Shown here: in pieces, positions 12,601 to 25,734 of the stretch
How the letters are laid out: the number at the start of each line of letters is the position of its first letter
Numbering within the stretch: position 1 is the first letter of the stretch
Assembly (NCBI GenBank): GCA_002269645.1
Contig: NIVC01000857.1
Coordinates: 99,142-163,141, forward strand
Direction: 5' to 3'
Length of the DNA: 64,000 nucleotides
Source: Macrostomum lignano
Taxonomy: Eukaryota
Notes under the pieces: model-generated
Databases searched by the model: none
What the model saw: the letters and a program-made list of their open reading frames with translations, nothing else
Told to the model about the DNA's origin: nothing
Made by a program: the position numbers and the translations under genes

Positions 12601-12913
12601 CGCCCTTGGCCCGCATGTACACGTCCTCGTAGAACGAGCTGGCCTGGGAGGGCGACGGGTAGGGGCAGTAGGGCGAGGGCCCCGGGCCCGGCGGGTACAG
12701 GCAGGCCCGGTGGTAGCCCATTGAGGTCGCGTGCGACCCGCCGCCGCCGCTGCCACCTCCGCAACCGCCGCCTGCGCCGCCGCCTACGCCGCCGCCGGCG
12801 GCCGCGGCGCTGAGAAACTGGGAGGCGGCGGCGGCCTCGGCAGATCCGGGAAGTTCGGCGGCTCCCCTGGCCGAGGGAGCGGACCACTGCCACAGGTACT
12901 TCAGGCTGTCCAT
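6551..12913 (-). CDS. Pax2/5/8: Pax2/5/8 paired-box transcription factor; exons 12913-12589, 10271-9456, 7753-7701, 7605-7059, 6609-6551
   Basis: Paired domain [19 protein letters not shown]...[33 protein letters not shown]...[10 protein letters not shown]...[14 protein letters not shown]; octapeptide-like YTIKGLLG; C-terminal PQYYYPSA resembling Pax2 PYYYSAA. All GT-AG junctions are phase-consistent (1,1,0,1). Confidence 0.93.
6778..6965. repeat. About 34-bp tandem repeat (GAATCCCCAACCTGAAGTTTCCGGAACCCCGGAT) in the last Pax intron
   Basis: 5-6 direct copies. Confidence 0.9.
7785..9423. repeat. 16-bp minisatellite (AGCTGGTAAAGATTC(T/G))n filling a Pax intron
   Basis: About 100 copies; explains ORFs 8309-9445 and 9018-9464. 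Confidence 0.97.
10345..10835. repeat. 12-bp minisatellite (AGAAGCGCCATT grading to GGAGCGCCACTG) in a Pax intron
   Basis: Direct tandem repeats with two sub-arrays. Confidence 0.93.
10881..10974 (-). CDS. Candidate alternative first coding exon of Pax2/5/8 ([10 protein letters not shown]...YLKNI-G)
   Basis: ATG at 10974, 31 codons plus 1 nt, donor G|GTGAGC in phase 1, compatible with the paired-box exon at 10271. Confidence 0.55.
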
Positions 12914-13544
12914 CTCAGCTGGCCCAACAGAAGCTTAACTTGCAACTTTTATGGTCGACAAAATCTTCTGCTTCAGCAGAGTCGCAAGAAGATGCCTCAT
13001 CGCCCTCTCCGCCTCCTTTTTATTTGCTCTCTCTGCGCCGCTCGCAATTCCCCCGCTCCAGCAGCCCAGCAAACCGGCGCGCCACCCCAGCCGCCTCCAA
13101 GCCTCATCGAAATTCCCTTCATCGCGCCTCGCCAGTGAAAGCGGCGCCCCGCCCGCCCTCCGCCGCCCCCGTAGCGAGCCAATGATCTGCTTTAGGGGCC
13201 TCCGAGCCATTGGCTGCCCGCAGCCTCATCCGGAAGCCCGGAAGCTGGGAGGTTTCGCTGCTTTAGTTAGGGAAGGGAAAGAGAGACAGGCTGCATTGAA
13301 GGGTGGAGGCCTCCAACAGGTTTCTGGCCTCGAGAGCTTCTGTGACACCCCGGGATTAAATATTTATGCTTTGAATCCTTTTTAGTGAGGTTTTGCTTCT
13401 TTACTTCTGCTCGAGTTCTGTCCTTCACGGCTCTTCTGGTTAATCCTTACCCCCCCCCCTGACCTGACTGCCTGCTGCCCTGACTCTCTCTGGTCTCCAA
13501 TGACCTTTTGTAGAAGTGCACTTCTAATTTTGTTCGCTAGTTTA

Positions 13545-13800
13545 GTTCTCTCCCTGACTCTCCCATCTCCTCTTTTCTGACTCTCCCATCTCCTCTTCCC
13601 TGACTCTCCCATCTCCTCTTGTCTGACTCTCCCATCTCCTCTTGTCTGACTCCCCATCTCCTCTTGTCTGACTCCCCATCACCTCTTCTCTGACTCTCCC
13701 ATTTCCCCTTGTCTGACTATTTCCTTATACCCTTGTCTGACTCTCCCTTATCCCTTGTCTGACTCCCATCTCTCCTCTTGCCTGACTCTCTTCTGGCTCT
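13545..13800. repeat. About 23-bp pyrimidine-rich tandem repeat (CTCTCCCATCTCCTCTTGTCTGA)
   Basis: Degenerate direct repeats. Confidence 0.85.
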
Positions 13801-15986
13801 CCATTTCTCCTCTCATCCACTGATGAGGTAAATAGGGGAAACTAAAGCCTCCCCAAAACTGACAGAATTCTCCCCATTGCCAGCCTCGCTCAGATTTCCC
13901 ACCTCTGCTCTGGTTCGATCCCATCGCCTGACCTGCCAACCCCTCCCCCCCCCCAGTATTGATCCCGGAGATCCCGGCGGTTGAAAATCGCGTGACGATG
14001 AAGCGCGAGGAAGTGGGAAAATTATCCCGATGAGCCTCACCCATAGAAAGTGAATAAAGGAAACAAAAAAGCTTTCAAATTCGCTGCAAAGCTGGGCAGG
14101 GCTGCTGGTCTGAGTGGTTTTCGGCTCGCGAATTTTCCAATTCCGGAGGTCAAAGCATGGCGCAGCTTCGCGCAGCTGCATGGGGAACCGCGGGGCAGTC
14201 TGGGACCATTCGCCCAACACAGCACCTGGACAGCCCGCGGCCTGCGCCCACCTGACACCAGGGCAGATCGAACGACATTTATAATCCCTCGAAAATATAA
14301 AAAAATCCTAATAGGGAAAGTTCGAGTCCAACCGCATCCCAAGCAGATGGGGCCAGGCAGTCACTTTCTCCCCGCCGCCGGGATTCTGAGGCCGCCCCCA
14401 CCAGCTCAGTTCATTAAACGGCTCACTGAGCAGCGGCGGCAGAAATCTGCGAGGCCGTCGGAGCGCGACAGCCCGGCTGGCTTATCCCGCACCGCCTGGA
14501 CCCGCCGAATCCCCAGAGGACTTTCTGCTTCCCTTCCAGCCTCTGCGCCCGGACCTGAAAATGCCGGGCCGCGGGGTCTGCAGGCCGCGCGCCGGATTCT
14601 TCCCGCCGCATGGGATAATTGTTCGGCCGATCCCCCGCGACACCTCGCCTCATCTCCCTCTGCATGCTGTCTCCCATTCTCCCCCCTGAGCAGTCCATAA
14701 TGCCGCTCTGATTGATGGGGTCCAAATGGGAGGCTGAATGGGAGCCGCGTCATCTGGGCTGAGAAGCAGTCAGTGCTCTCTGGCCGCATGGAGGGCGCGA
14801 TTGAAAGACTCTGCTTTCTCTTCGCTTGCATCTGTGTTGGCGGCCGTTTCTCGGCCAGCGTGCGAGGCTCCGCGGCCGGCTCTCGGGGCTTGGAAATCTC
14901 GCACAGGGACTGCCGCAATTAGCAATGCTAATGAGGCCTGCTGGCTGTGTAAGAGAGAGTGGGGCGCTGGCTGGAAAGCCGAGACCGCCCACCACTCAGC
15001 CGAGGCTACCGCGGGGCCCCCAGCAACCCGGCCTCAGCCAGCCACTTTTTTGCTTCCCCTCTGGACCCACTGATTGGATTTATTCGAATTTCGACACCAA
15101 ATTTGTAAAACAATTCCGCGGCTGCCGAAAGCTGCACGTGCGGCAACGGTTTCGAATAGTTTGCCCAACAACCGCGGCTCTTCCCGAATAGCCCGGTAGC
15201 CACCGAGGGCGAGATCTCCTTTCCTCCTCCAATGAGACGACACAAATAATTACATGGCGAGTCACTAACCAGTCAATAGCTCGAATGCAAAAGCCTGCAG
15301 TTGGGAGGAATTGATTCTGACATTTCTCCCAAGCCTCACCCCCCCCCCCCGGTTTCCCCGATTTTCCCAGAGGCTGGGGCGGTCACGCGCCGATGAAGAT
15401 ATCCCAAAAACTGGAAGCTCGCAGAGAAAGTCTTGAGTTCGAATCCCCAGGGAGAAGGGATCTGTAATTATAATGCCCCAAATCGAGCTGACAGAGAATC
15501 CCAAATTCGCTGCGACTCCCGAGCTCCATCAAGAGAGGAGGAGGCAGCTTCATCAAGCGGCATTGGGACAGTTGGGTCAGCTGTGCCAGCCAATTCATCA
15601 CCCCGTGGGCTGGGTGCGGGTGGGAAGTTGGTTGAGCAACAGGGGGAAATGGAGAGCCGGGAGCAGGCTGGACTCGAGCCCGCAGCCTCAATGGCGCACT
15701 CGCGTGATGCCCCATCGAGCTAACAGGATGGGCAAAAAGTGGCGGGATTTCCTCGCCCCAGCCCCGGAGAGCAGTAAATCACTGCGCTGGGGCGAGTCAG
15801 CTGGGGGCTTCCCGTGCAGGTCTCTGCGACCTTCTGTTTGCCCCCCTCACCTGGGCAGCCCGCATTCTGGTGGGACTTGTTTGACTTGGGGGGGGGGGCG
15901 AGACGAACTCGAGTCGTGCGGCCTTTGATTGTTTGGCGTGCTCGGGGCGGTGAACGGGCAGAGATTTTCAGGCTCACCTCAATTTT

Positions 15987-16280
15987 GACAGTAATTTACA
16001 GGCTTCTACAGCCAATATCAATCTGTTTCATTCTTAATAGTGACAGTAATTTACAGACTTCTACAGCCAATATCAATCTGTTTCATTCTTAATAGTGACA
16101 GTAATTTACAGACTTCTACAGCCAATATCAATCTGTTTCATTCTTGATAGTGACAGTAATTTACAGACTACTGCAGCCAATATCGATCTGTCTCATCCTC
16201 GATAGTGACAGTAATTTACAGACTACTACAGCCAATATTAATCTATGTCATTCTTGATAGTGACAGTAATTTACAGACTT
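15987..16280. repeat. 55-bp tandem repeat, about 5 copies
   Basis: GACAGTAATTTACAGACT...ATAGT recurs at 15987, 16042 and onward. Confidence 0.9.
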
Positions 16281-17160
16281 CTAGAGTCATTATCGATCCG
16301 TCCCAATCTCACAGTTACAGTACTTTACAGACTTGTCACAGCCTGAACCTAGCAGCCTCAGCAAGTTAGTTTACAGACTATATTACTTCAAACACAGAAA
16401 TTCACAGCCAAAAACTGGTAGTGCATTCGCAGACACAGAATTAGAAACGCCAACTTGTGCCCCACCCGATTCCAGTAGAGCCTGGGAGAGTCAAGAGCAT
16501 CCTGAGCTACGAGTATTTAAATTCCAGTGTTTCAGAGGGTGTCAAACTTAAAGTAATTGTTAAATTGCCCCAACACTTTGTCCCGACCCAGCCCCCCCCC
16601 CCTCCAGGTTTAACTCGCTCGCTTTGCCCCCGGGGCTTGCGGGCTTGCGCAAAAAACCAGGCGAGTCTTGCTCCTAGAAGAAGAAGAACATCGAAAAAGA
16701 GAGCATCAGAAAGCCGCTGCGCCCGCGAGGCTTCTGGGTCAGACGGGTGTTGGGAGGGGACTCTGATAAACCCTCTCTGACGCAACCGAACTCTTTCGAA
16801 TGGAGCCTCACAGCGGGGTGCCTGCAGGCAGTCCGGTGACCGACCGCTTGCGCAGGTCCGGTTCGCACATTTTCATTCATTCCCTCTCGCGAGCGAATAA
16901 CAGAAAGTTCTCCCTTCAAAACAGAGCGGGGTTCTGGTTGCCAGGTTATTGCAAATCGAATATTACATTCCGAGCGAAAATAAACACAGAGGGACATTAT
17001 TAAACTCTGAGGAAAATCCCATTGTTCTCCAAGCTTGTCAGTTAAAATCTGCATAGGATTATAGTTGCCGGGAGCCCTGTTTTCACCTATACTCACTCAA
17101 TTTGCGATGTTAATTCTATGAAACCGGTCAGCCAGGATAATTGATTGACAGCTCACTCAC

Positions 17161-17370
17161 CTTTGAGTTCGGACACTCCTTTCACAGCCTCGTCCGCGTG
17201 CAGCTGCAGCTGGTGCTGCTGCCGGTCCCTGGCGATGATGGCGGCAAAGTGCTCAAAACTATCGCTGGTGCTGCAGAAATTCTGCTGGTATTGCTGCTGC
17301 TGCTGCTGCTGCTGCTCGAGCAGGAACTGGTGCCCGAGCTGCTGCTGGTGATGCAGCTGGTCCTGGTGAT
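17161..17370 (-). CDS. Candidate Gln/His-rich internal exon (70 codons, phase 1-1), probably a distal Pax2/5/8 exon
   Basis: Acceptor tttgacccgcag| and donor AAAG|GTGAGT. Open frame (D)HQDQLHHQQQLGHQFLLEQQQQQQQYQQNFCSTSDSFEHFAAIIARDRQQHQLQLHADEAVKGVSELK(G). Confidence 0.55.
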
Positions 17371-20300
17371 CTGCGGGTCAAAGCAGAAATTCGGTGTTGC
17401 AGCAGCTCAAGTCCCGAGCTCCCAGCCTCACTGCCCGCTCCACAGTCCTCTTTATAGCCTGCCAGCTGCGGGCCGAGCTCTCCGTGCTCCGCGGCCCGTG
17501 CCGGGAAGTCGAGGCCCCCCCTTGCCCCCCGGACTCCCAGCTCGAGCACGCCCGGCCGAGCGTGTGACTTCAAGCTCTGCTGGCTGCGACGGCCGGGAGT
17601 GTCGGACAGCTGGGGCAGCCTGCGGTGGTCAGCGGGGGTCCTCAGGGCAGGTTTGACGGGGCGGGGAGTCACAGCCCACTGGGTCTGAATGCTGCTGTCT
17701 CCAAGGCGCCCCCCCCCAGCCAGAAGGCCCAAAATCAAAGAGCAACATTTGTGTGGGCGACGCGGCTGGCTGGGCGGGCAGCGGCTGCAGCAGCGCAGCG
17801 TGTCACGGTCCGGTTGCCACCCCCCCCTCAGCTCAAGATGGGCGAGACGGGTTGCTGGGAGAGCAAGGCATTCGCATTCCGCTGCCTTGGAGCGAGAATG
17901 AGCCCGGAGTTCCCTCGCAACAGCTCAGCCAGCGTCAATGGCACTTGGGCGATCGGCGAGGGGACTGGAGAGTCGTGTCAAGTGCCCCCCCCCCGAGCTC
18001 CTCAGGTGGCCGGGATCAGAGGCTCGCCCGCTTGGATAAGAAAATGAAAAGCCATCCACAGGTGGAGAGGGATCTCATGATGTCAGCAGCCCCACAATTG
18101 AAATTTCTCTCCCAGCGGCACGGCAACCCCTCATGGAAGCAGTCCTATGCAGAAAAGAGTGGATTATCCGCTGCAGTTGCTTGCCTGCTTCTTCTAGAGG
18201 TAGGTAATTGAAATTTCTGCCTTAATTATTGATGCAGTACGCTCGTTAGTTGCTTAGGAGGCTGGGTTAGGTACGGAGATGAAGCCAGGGGGAATTCGCA
18301 GCCGGGGTCGCAGGATCGCTCAGCGGGTCTGCCGAGAGCAGGGGGAGATTGTGGGCAGCCAAGCAGATCGAGAAGCTGCAGCAGAGCTCAAATAGAGATG
18401 ATGAGGCTGCATTGCGGAGGCTGGGGAGCCGACAGCTGCAGCATTGTTTCCTAGCGGGCTTCGCACGGAGAGTCGCTAGCGACAGCGGCAGCAGCAGCAG
18501 CAGCTTCCAGACCGAGCGCTGCTTTCAGCTCACAAAAAATCATTCGCTACCCCCCCCCCGACAGCAGCTGCCGAGCCTGCGCGCTTCCCACTGACTGCAG
18601 CGGCCGGCCCGGCATTGTCTGCCGCTGCTGCAGCCGCCCGGGCACCGAGCCCAGCCGATGATCTCCAAACTGCATTCCCAGACACTCCACGGCCTGGGGG
18701 GGGAGGGCAAAGCCGGGACCGCTGAGGCGTTGCGGGGCCCCGTAACGGTATCTGCGGACTGCGCGGGGTGCCGGGCTGGCGTGTGCTGCAGAAAAAGCTC
18801 CCCCTTTCTCTGGAGATATTTTTCTGTTTCCCAAAGCATCATTGAGAGTTCCCCGATCCTTGCCGCTTGGCTGACTCGCTGCATCCCAGCGCGGCAGTCA
18901 GCTGCCCCCGCCCCCCTCCGCCAGCTCCCGGGAGGCTTCGCGGCCGATTGATTTCGCGGACGCAGCGCGGCGCATCGAAATGGGGATAATTCTCCCATCA
19001 TTGGGACAATGGAGTGAGGAGGAAAAAGTGTATCAACTACAGTGAAAGCTCAGGCTTGAAGTAAAAAACACGGGAGCTCTCATGAGAGCAATACAGTTTT
19101 TTGGCTGACAAAAATGACTGGGATATGCAGATGTTACTCACGCAGCATTGCGGCAGATTCCTTGCTCCCTGCTGTGCGAACCTGCAGCCCGGATGCGCCT
19201 GTCAGTCAGTCAGTCCTCGATCCGAGTATTTGAGTCCAGCAGCGACTTTCACTGCAGCGGCCTGTCTGTGTTTGGCCCCAATGCTGCTGGTCTGCGAATG
19301 CGTGCCGCACTTTATTCCTCACCGAGCTGTGGCCTGCCCCCCCACTTATCCTCGACCAATCCGCGGGCTCCGGCGCCCCACCCCGCCCTCCGCCTCAAGA
19401 AGTTTGCCGCCGCCATTCACCCCCTCAGGCGGGTCAGCTGCCCCACTGAGAGTCAGGCTGGCCTCGCATGCGGGCTCGCCGCACAAATTAAACTCGAGTT
19501 GAGATTTGGACCGAGAGAGTTTGCTGCTCACAGCTCCCCCCCAAACCCCCTTTTTAATTGTTCCAAAATTTGCCGTCGGTCCGTTTTGCCAGTCTGACTG
19601 CCCGCCTGTCTGTTGTTGTGACTTTGAGTGTGTTGTAAATTAAATGCCCCCCTCCTGGCCAGCTCGCCCAGACCTCTCGGAGGATCAGGTGTGTAAAAGA
19701 ATGCCAAAGCAAAGAGTTATAGAATTGAAACACGCAAGCTTATGCAGCCAGCTTTCCTTCTACTGGTTCACAAAAAAGACTACAACTACAAACAGCCACA
19801 ATGGCGCACTCAGCTGACTGCTCCATTTTTCAGTGGACGGAATGCTTGGCAGAGATGCCAGCTACTTATTTATTTAGAAACTCCGCCTCACGCTTGCGAG
19901 ACCCGTGGACTGTTGCAACAAACACTGACCGATCACAGTGCGCCACTTCCCACTGTTTATAATCAGAATTTTTTAAATAAAGATCAGAAAGATGGAAAAA
20001 ATGTGTTTATTGCAACAGACTTTTGAAGGCTTCCCTGGGGCTGCGTGCCACAGCAAGTCCTCATCTGTCTCGAATGCCAGTCTCTTCTTCCAGTGTTGCG
20101 CAACCGCTCAGACCCGAACCCTACTGCAGTGCGCGGCTTTATTCAACTCCATGCCGTGCTGGGGACACCTTGAAACACATTTTATATGCCATTGAACACG
20201 CGGGCAATGAACCGTGTCGTCGGAACACTTTTTCGAACTCTGAAATCAGTTTGTCACTCCCGGCCCCAGTGGTGACTCCAATTTCGGGTGCTTAATTGTA

Positions 20301-20579
20301 TTCGAAGCGATCGAATATTTAGTTCGCACCAGGGCTGCATGAGGCTCTGCTAAGTGGCTGAACTCTGTTCCTAATTACAGTCATCAGAATTATGCAGTTT
20401 TTTTTTCAGACTGACGCCCCCAATTCACACCTGTGTGACATCCTCAACCCCATTATTGAATTCAAGTGGATGGAGGAGCTGCGTTGAATTGATGGCGTGG
20501 AGTGAGTATGCGAGCTTGGAGGCTGAGTTAATACCTATATTATATATGTATTTATTAACCACACACTATATGAGAATAT

Positions 20580-21782
20580 CATGAGACAGAGATAGACGGG
20601 TGAGATATGCGAGAAAATCATGAGACAATAAGATAGACAGGGTGAGATATCAGACAATAGCATGAGACAATGAGATAGACAGGGTGAGATATCAGACAAT
20701 AGCATGGGATAATGAGATAGACAGAGTGAGATATCAAAGAATAGCATGGGATAATGAGATAGACAGGGTGAGATATCAGACAATAGCATGAGACAATGAG
20801 ATAGACAGGGTGAGATATCAGACAATAGCATGAGACAATGAGATAGACAGGGTGAGATATCAGACAATAGCATGAGACAATGAGATAGACAGGGTGAGAT
20901 ATCAGACAATAGCATGAGACAATGAGATAGACAGGGTGAGATATCAGACAATAGCATGGGATAATGAGATAGACAGAGTGGGATATCAGAGAATAGCATG
21001 AGACAATGAGATAGACAGGGTGAGATATCAGACAATAGCATGAGAGAATGAGATAGACAGGGTGAGATATCAGACAATAGCATGAGATAATGAGATAGAC
21101 AGGGTGAGATATCAGACAATAGCATGAGACAATGAGATGACAGGGTGAGATATCAGACAATAGCATGGGATAATGAGATAGACAGAGTGGGATATCAGAG
21201 AATAGCATGAGACAATGAGATAGACAGGGTGAGATATCAGACAATAGCATGAGAGAATGAGATAGACAGGGTGAGATATCAGACAATAGCATGGGATAAT
21301 GAGATAGATGGGGTGAGATATCAGAGAATAGCATGGGATAATGAGATAGACAGAGTGAGATATCAGACAATAGCATGGGATAATGAGATAGACAGAGTGA
21401 GATATCAGACAATAGCATGGGATAATGAGATAGACAGAGTGGGATATCAGAGAATAGCATGAGACAATGAGATAGATGGGGTGAGATATCAGAGAATAGC
21501 ATGGGATAATGAGATAGACAGAGTGAGATATCAGAGAATAGCATGGGATAATGAGATAGACAGGGTGAGATATCAGAGAATAGCATGGGATAATGAGATA
21601 GATGGGGTGAGATACCAGAGAATAGCATGGGATAATGAGATAGACAGAGTGAGATATCAGAGAATAGCATGGGATAACGAGATAGATGGGGTGAGATATC
21701 AGAGAATAGCATGGGATAATGAGATAGACAGAGTGAGATATCAGACAATAGCATGGGATAACGAGATAGATGGGGTGAGATA
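20580..21782. repeat. 42-bp minisatellite (CATGAGACAATGAGATAGACAGGGTGAGATATCAGACAATAG)n
   Basis: About 28 copies; explains the 14-aa repeat ORFs. Confidence 0.95.
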
Positions 21783-22344
21783 GCTAAATTCACAAACCTT
21801 CAGTTTATCTAGAAAAGGTTTGCTTAAAATACTGTTTTCGGCGGAGTCTGGGGCCCTCATCGGGGCACATCTTCATCCCGAATCGCCACCCCCAGCTCGT
21901 AAAACTTGCCGGACACACAAAACCATCAATAGCAGTCCGCGAGCTCAGCTCAATCGAGTTCTCAGTGATTTATTGCCTACTCCCCGTCTTCTCGCGGGTT
22001 GCGCAATTCGAGCTCAGAGTCCGGCCGAGCACCGAGCCGCATTGCTCAGGGCACTGAGATGCCGAATTGTTTGCGCAAACCGGGGCCCCGGATACTTGGG
22101 CGGGCGGGGAGAAGAGGGAAAAGCGGGGAGTTGAATTGGCGGAGACAAGAGGGGCGGGGCGGGCCCGGCGGGGGACAATGGAGTTCATAATTCGATTATC
22201 GAGTTGCGGGGCGCGAGACCCGGACTCCGCTCGGATCATTTGATACTCGGGGAGGCTGCAAAATCTTCATCGATTTCCCTGTGCGCTGCTGAACCGCCTC
22301 GCTTTGTTGCCAGCCCACGGCCAACTCCTGTGCTTGTTGCCGGA

Positions 22345-23115
22345 CTGTCACTCTCACTGTCACTCTCACTGTCACTCTCATTTTCACTCTCACTGTAACT
22401 CTCACTGTCACTCTCATTTTCACTCTCACTGTCACTCTCACTGTTACTGTCATTTTCACTCTCACTGTCACTCTCACTGTCACTCTCATTTTCACTCTCA
22501 CTGTCACTCTCACTGTCACTCTTATTTTCACTCTCACTGTCACTCTCACTGTCACTCTCACTGTCACTGTCATTTTCACTCTCACTGTCACTCTCACTGT
22601 CACTCTCATTTTCACTCTCACTGTCACTCTCTCTGTCACTCTCATTTTCACTCTCACTGTTAGTCTCACTGTCACTGTCATTTTCACTCTCACTGTCACT
22701 CTCACTGTCACTCTCATTTTCACTCTCACTGTCACTCTCATTTTCACTCTCACTGTCACTGTCATTTTCACTCTCACTGTCACTGTCATTTTCACTCTCA
22801 CTGTCACTCTCATCTTCACTCTCGCTTTCAGTGTCACTCACTGTCGCTCTTATTGTCACTCTCACTGTCACTTTCATTGTCCCTCTCGCTCTCACTGCCA
22901 CTCTTATTGTCACTATCACTCTCAGTGTCCCTAAGTGTCACTCTCGTTCCCGGTGTCACTCAGCGTCACCATTGCTCTCAGAGTCACTCAATCTCACTCT
23001 CATTGTCACTCTCGCTCTCTAAGTCACTCAATTTCACTCACTGCCAGGCTCATTGTCAGTCTGGTTGTCACTCAATATTACTAACTTTCACTCTCACTGT
23101 CGCTCTTACTTTCAC
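22345..23115. repeat. Degenerate (CTCACTGTCACT / CTCATTTTCACT) 6/12/18-bp tandem repeat
   Basis: Low-complexity direct repeats, decaying to the right. Confidence 0.9.
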
Positions 23116-23814
23116 ACTCGACGTCACTCCCAGTCGACCTCGCACGCAGGCCAACACCAGTGACTCTCCGTATCCCACTGCCCCGCTGCCCTCTCTCCCG
23201 CCCTGCCAAGAGGCCGTCAGTTTGCGAACAGCCACTTAAACTGACAAGCATTTTCGCGCCGCTCAATTACGGGCGCAGTTCCGCTCTCGCTGCTGTCCGC
23301 CCGGCAACCGGGAGTTCGATCTGCCCGCCGCGGCCTGCGGACGGATCGGGTTTCGCTCGGCCACCGGGCCGCCGTCAATCAATGAATAATACATGCCGGA
23401 CACAAAACCGTTTACAGCTGCTAAGAGGAACTGCAACCGGGACGGGGGTTGGTGACAAAATTTCAAAATTTAAGTAGCTCGAAGGGGGGGGGCAGTAAAA
23501 AACACGAACTCGAACCCAGGAAGACATGAAAAATGAAACAAAAGCTACGGTTTTTCCCGCGGGAAATCGAAACCGGACGGACGGAGCCTCCTTTGTTGCC
23601 GCAGCGGCGGCGCAGGACTTACTGGAATTCGAAGCTCATTCGGTCACAAGTGGCTCCGGGGTGGAAATTTGAGACTCGATGCTTGAGCGAACACACTTGC
23701 TCAGCTGTATAGGCTTGCAGATCAGTCTGGGGTCGTGGCGGCTACTCATAGTAGCAACGATGATTTTTTCGGAGAAAAATTGCCATTATAATTTAATCAC
23801 CACGATAATTTATT

Positions 23815-24421
23815 CTGGGATCTGGGAGATTTGGGAGATCTGGGATCTGGGAGATCTGGGATCTGGGAGATCTGGGATCTGGGAGATCTGGGATCTGGGA
23901 GATCTGGGATCTGGGAGATCTGGGATCTGGGAGATCTGGGATCTGGGAGATCTGGGATCTGGGAGATCTGGGATCTGGGAGATCTGGGATCTGGGAGATC
24001 TGGGATCTGGGAGATCTGGGATCTGGGAGATCTGGGATCTGGGAGATCTGGGATCTGGGAGATCTGGGATCTGGGAGATCTGGGATCTGGGAGATCTGGG
24101 ATCTGGGAGATCTGGGATCTGGGAGATCTGGGATCTGGGAGATCTGGGATCTGGGAGATCTGGGATCTGGGAGATCTGGGATCTGGGAGATCTGGGATCT
24201 GGGAGATCTGGGATCTGGGAGATCTGGGATCTGGGAGATCTGGGATCTGGGAGATCTGGGATCTGGGAGATCTGGGATCTGGGAGATCTGGGATCTGGGA
24301 GATCTGGGATCTGGGAGATCTGGGATCTGGGAGATCTGGGATCTGGGAGATCTGGGATCTGGGAGATCTGGGATCTGGGAGATCTGGGATCTGGGAGATC
24401 TGGGATCTGGGAGATCTGGGA
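23815..24421. repeat. 16-bp minisatellite (TCTGGGAGATCTGGGA)n
   Basis: Near-perfect, about 38 copies. Confidence 0.97.
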
Positions 24422-24816
24422 ACGCACTCCTAAGTGCCTCTGCATCCCAAAATGTTTTTGATGAAAAGCTTGGCTCCCTATGAAGTGACAGCTTGAGCAG
24501 AAGTTTTTGATTGACAGCCTGGGGCCCCATTAGCAGGCAGCTCTCAAAAGCATTTTCCGCTGGAGTGAAAATTGCATCTTGTCCCCCCCCCCCAGCCAAG
24601 CCAGCCAGCTGCCTGGCCCCGCCATCTCGACCGGGGAATCGCCAGCCAGTCGCGCAGTGGCACAGTCTGCCTTCAGCGCGGCGTTGCCCTGCGAGAACTG
24701 GCGGAATTGCGAAATTGACCAAAAGTTCAGATATGACTGCAGCTTTTCTGTTAGGATTCGAAAAGCAATAAATCTATAGCTTCAGCATTACTGAAGTTGT
24801 TTCAACACAGAAAGTG

Positions 24817-24910
24817 GTTTCCCGGTGGTTCCCGGTGGTTCCCGGTGGTTCCCGGTGGTTCCCGGTGGTTCCCGGTGGTTCCCGGTGGTTCCCGGTGGTT
24901 CCCGGTGGTT
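24817..24910. repeat. 10-bp tandem repeat (CCCGGTGGTT)n
   Basis: About 9 perfect copies. Confidence 0.95.
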
Positions 24911-25734
24911 TACCAAAAAACGATAAAGCCTAAGAGCGTTAGGATACTCCAGTGGAGTCCTCCTCTGCAGGGCAGCCTTCCTGAATGTTTTCTCCGATTC
25001 CGGTGCCACTCTGTCCTCATCCTCCCCGGAGACACCCGAGCTCCCCATCAAGTAGTGAGGCGAGAAACTCATCTATAATTTCTGTCGGCAGAAGGCGGGC
25101 AATCCCGGAGGAAGCGCGCGCCCGAGGGCAGGTGCCGCGGGCCGGAGTCGCCGCCGCCTCCTCCTCCTTGTCTTCGAGTGCTCGGGCAGCGAGCGTGGAG
25201 ATCCCAGATTCTTCCCATGAGGGTTGGGGGGCTGCGGGCCCGCGGGGACGCCTCAGCAGCGGCCGCGCACTCCGCATCTCACTGCACTTTGGCGGCAGCA
25301 TCTCCGAAAGTCGCCACCCCCCTCATCTCCGCCTCTCGGTTGGCCCGGCCTGCATATTTAATTAAAGCTCACAAGACGACGAGGGTCGCCACTCGGATGC
25401 CCCTGCGATGAAGGACCATTGAGAGCCCTGAGTAAGGGGGAGGGGGTGGCTGCATCGCAACATCCAGATTCCCCGGCTGCCTGCCTCATCTTTAGCCTCC
25501 AGCCTCCCAGACTGAGATCTGCAGCAGGCCGTCCCAGCAGCAGCTTTCCCTCCAATCCGTCTGTCCGTCTCCCTGCTGCCCCACAATGCCCGCTCCCAGG
25601 GCTCTCTGGGATTGGAGAGCTGCGGCAGCCTGACAATCCGTGCGAAGGTTGGCCGGCCTGGCTGAGGATGGGGCGGGCGGGGCTCGGCACCTCAAATAGA
25701 CGCATGGGCGCTGCCAGGCCGCGCTTGCAGACCT

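Noticed and set aside
22196-22919. Ser-Asp/Glu repeat ORF resembling SD-repeat or dentin sialophosphoprotein-like proteins
   Set aside because: It is the reading of a 6-bp-based tandem repeat; several frames and both strands are open, and no splice or start context supports it.
25017-25301. 94-aa minus-strand ORF (…LLPTEIIDEFLASLLDGELG…)
   Set aside because: No recognisable domain or confident splice sites; GC-rich sequence gives such ORFs by chance. It needs transcript evidence.
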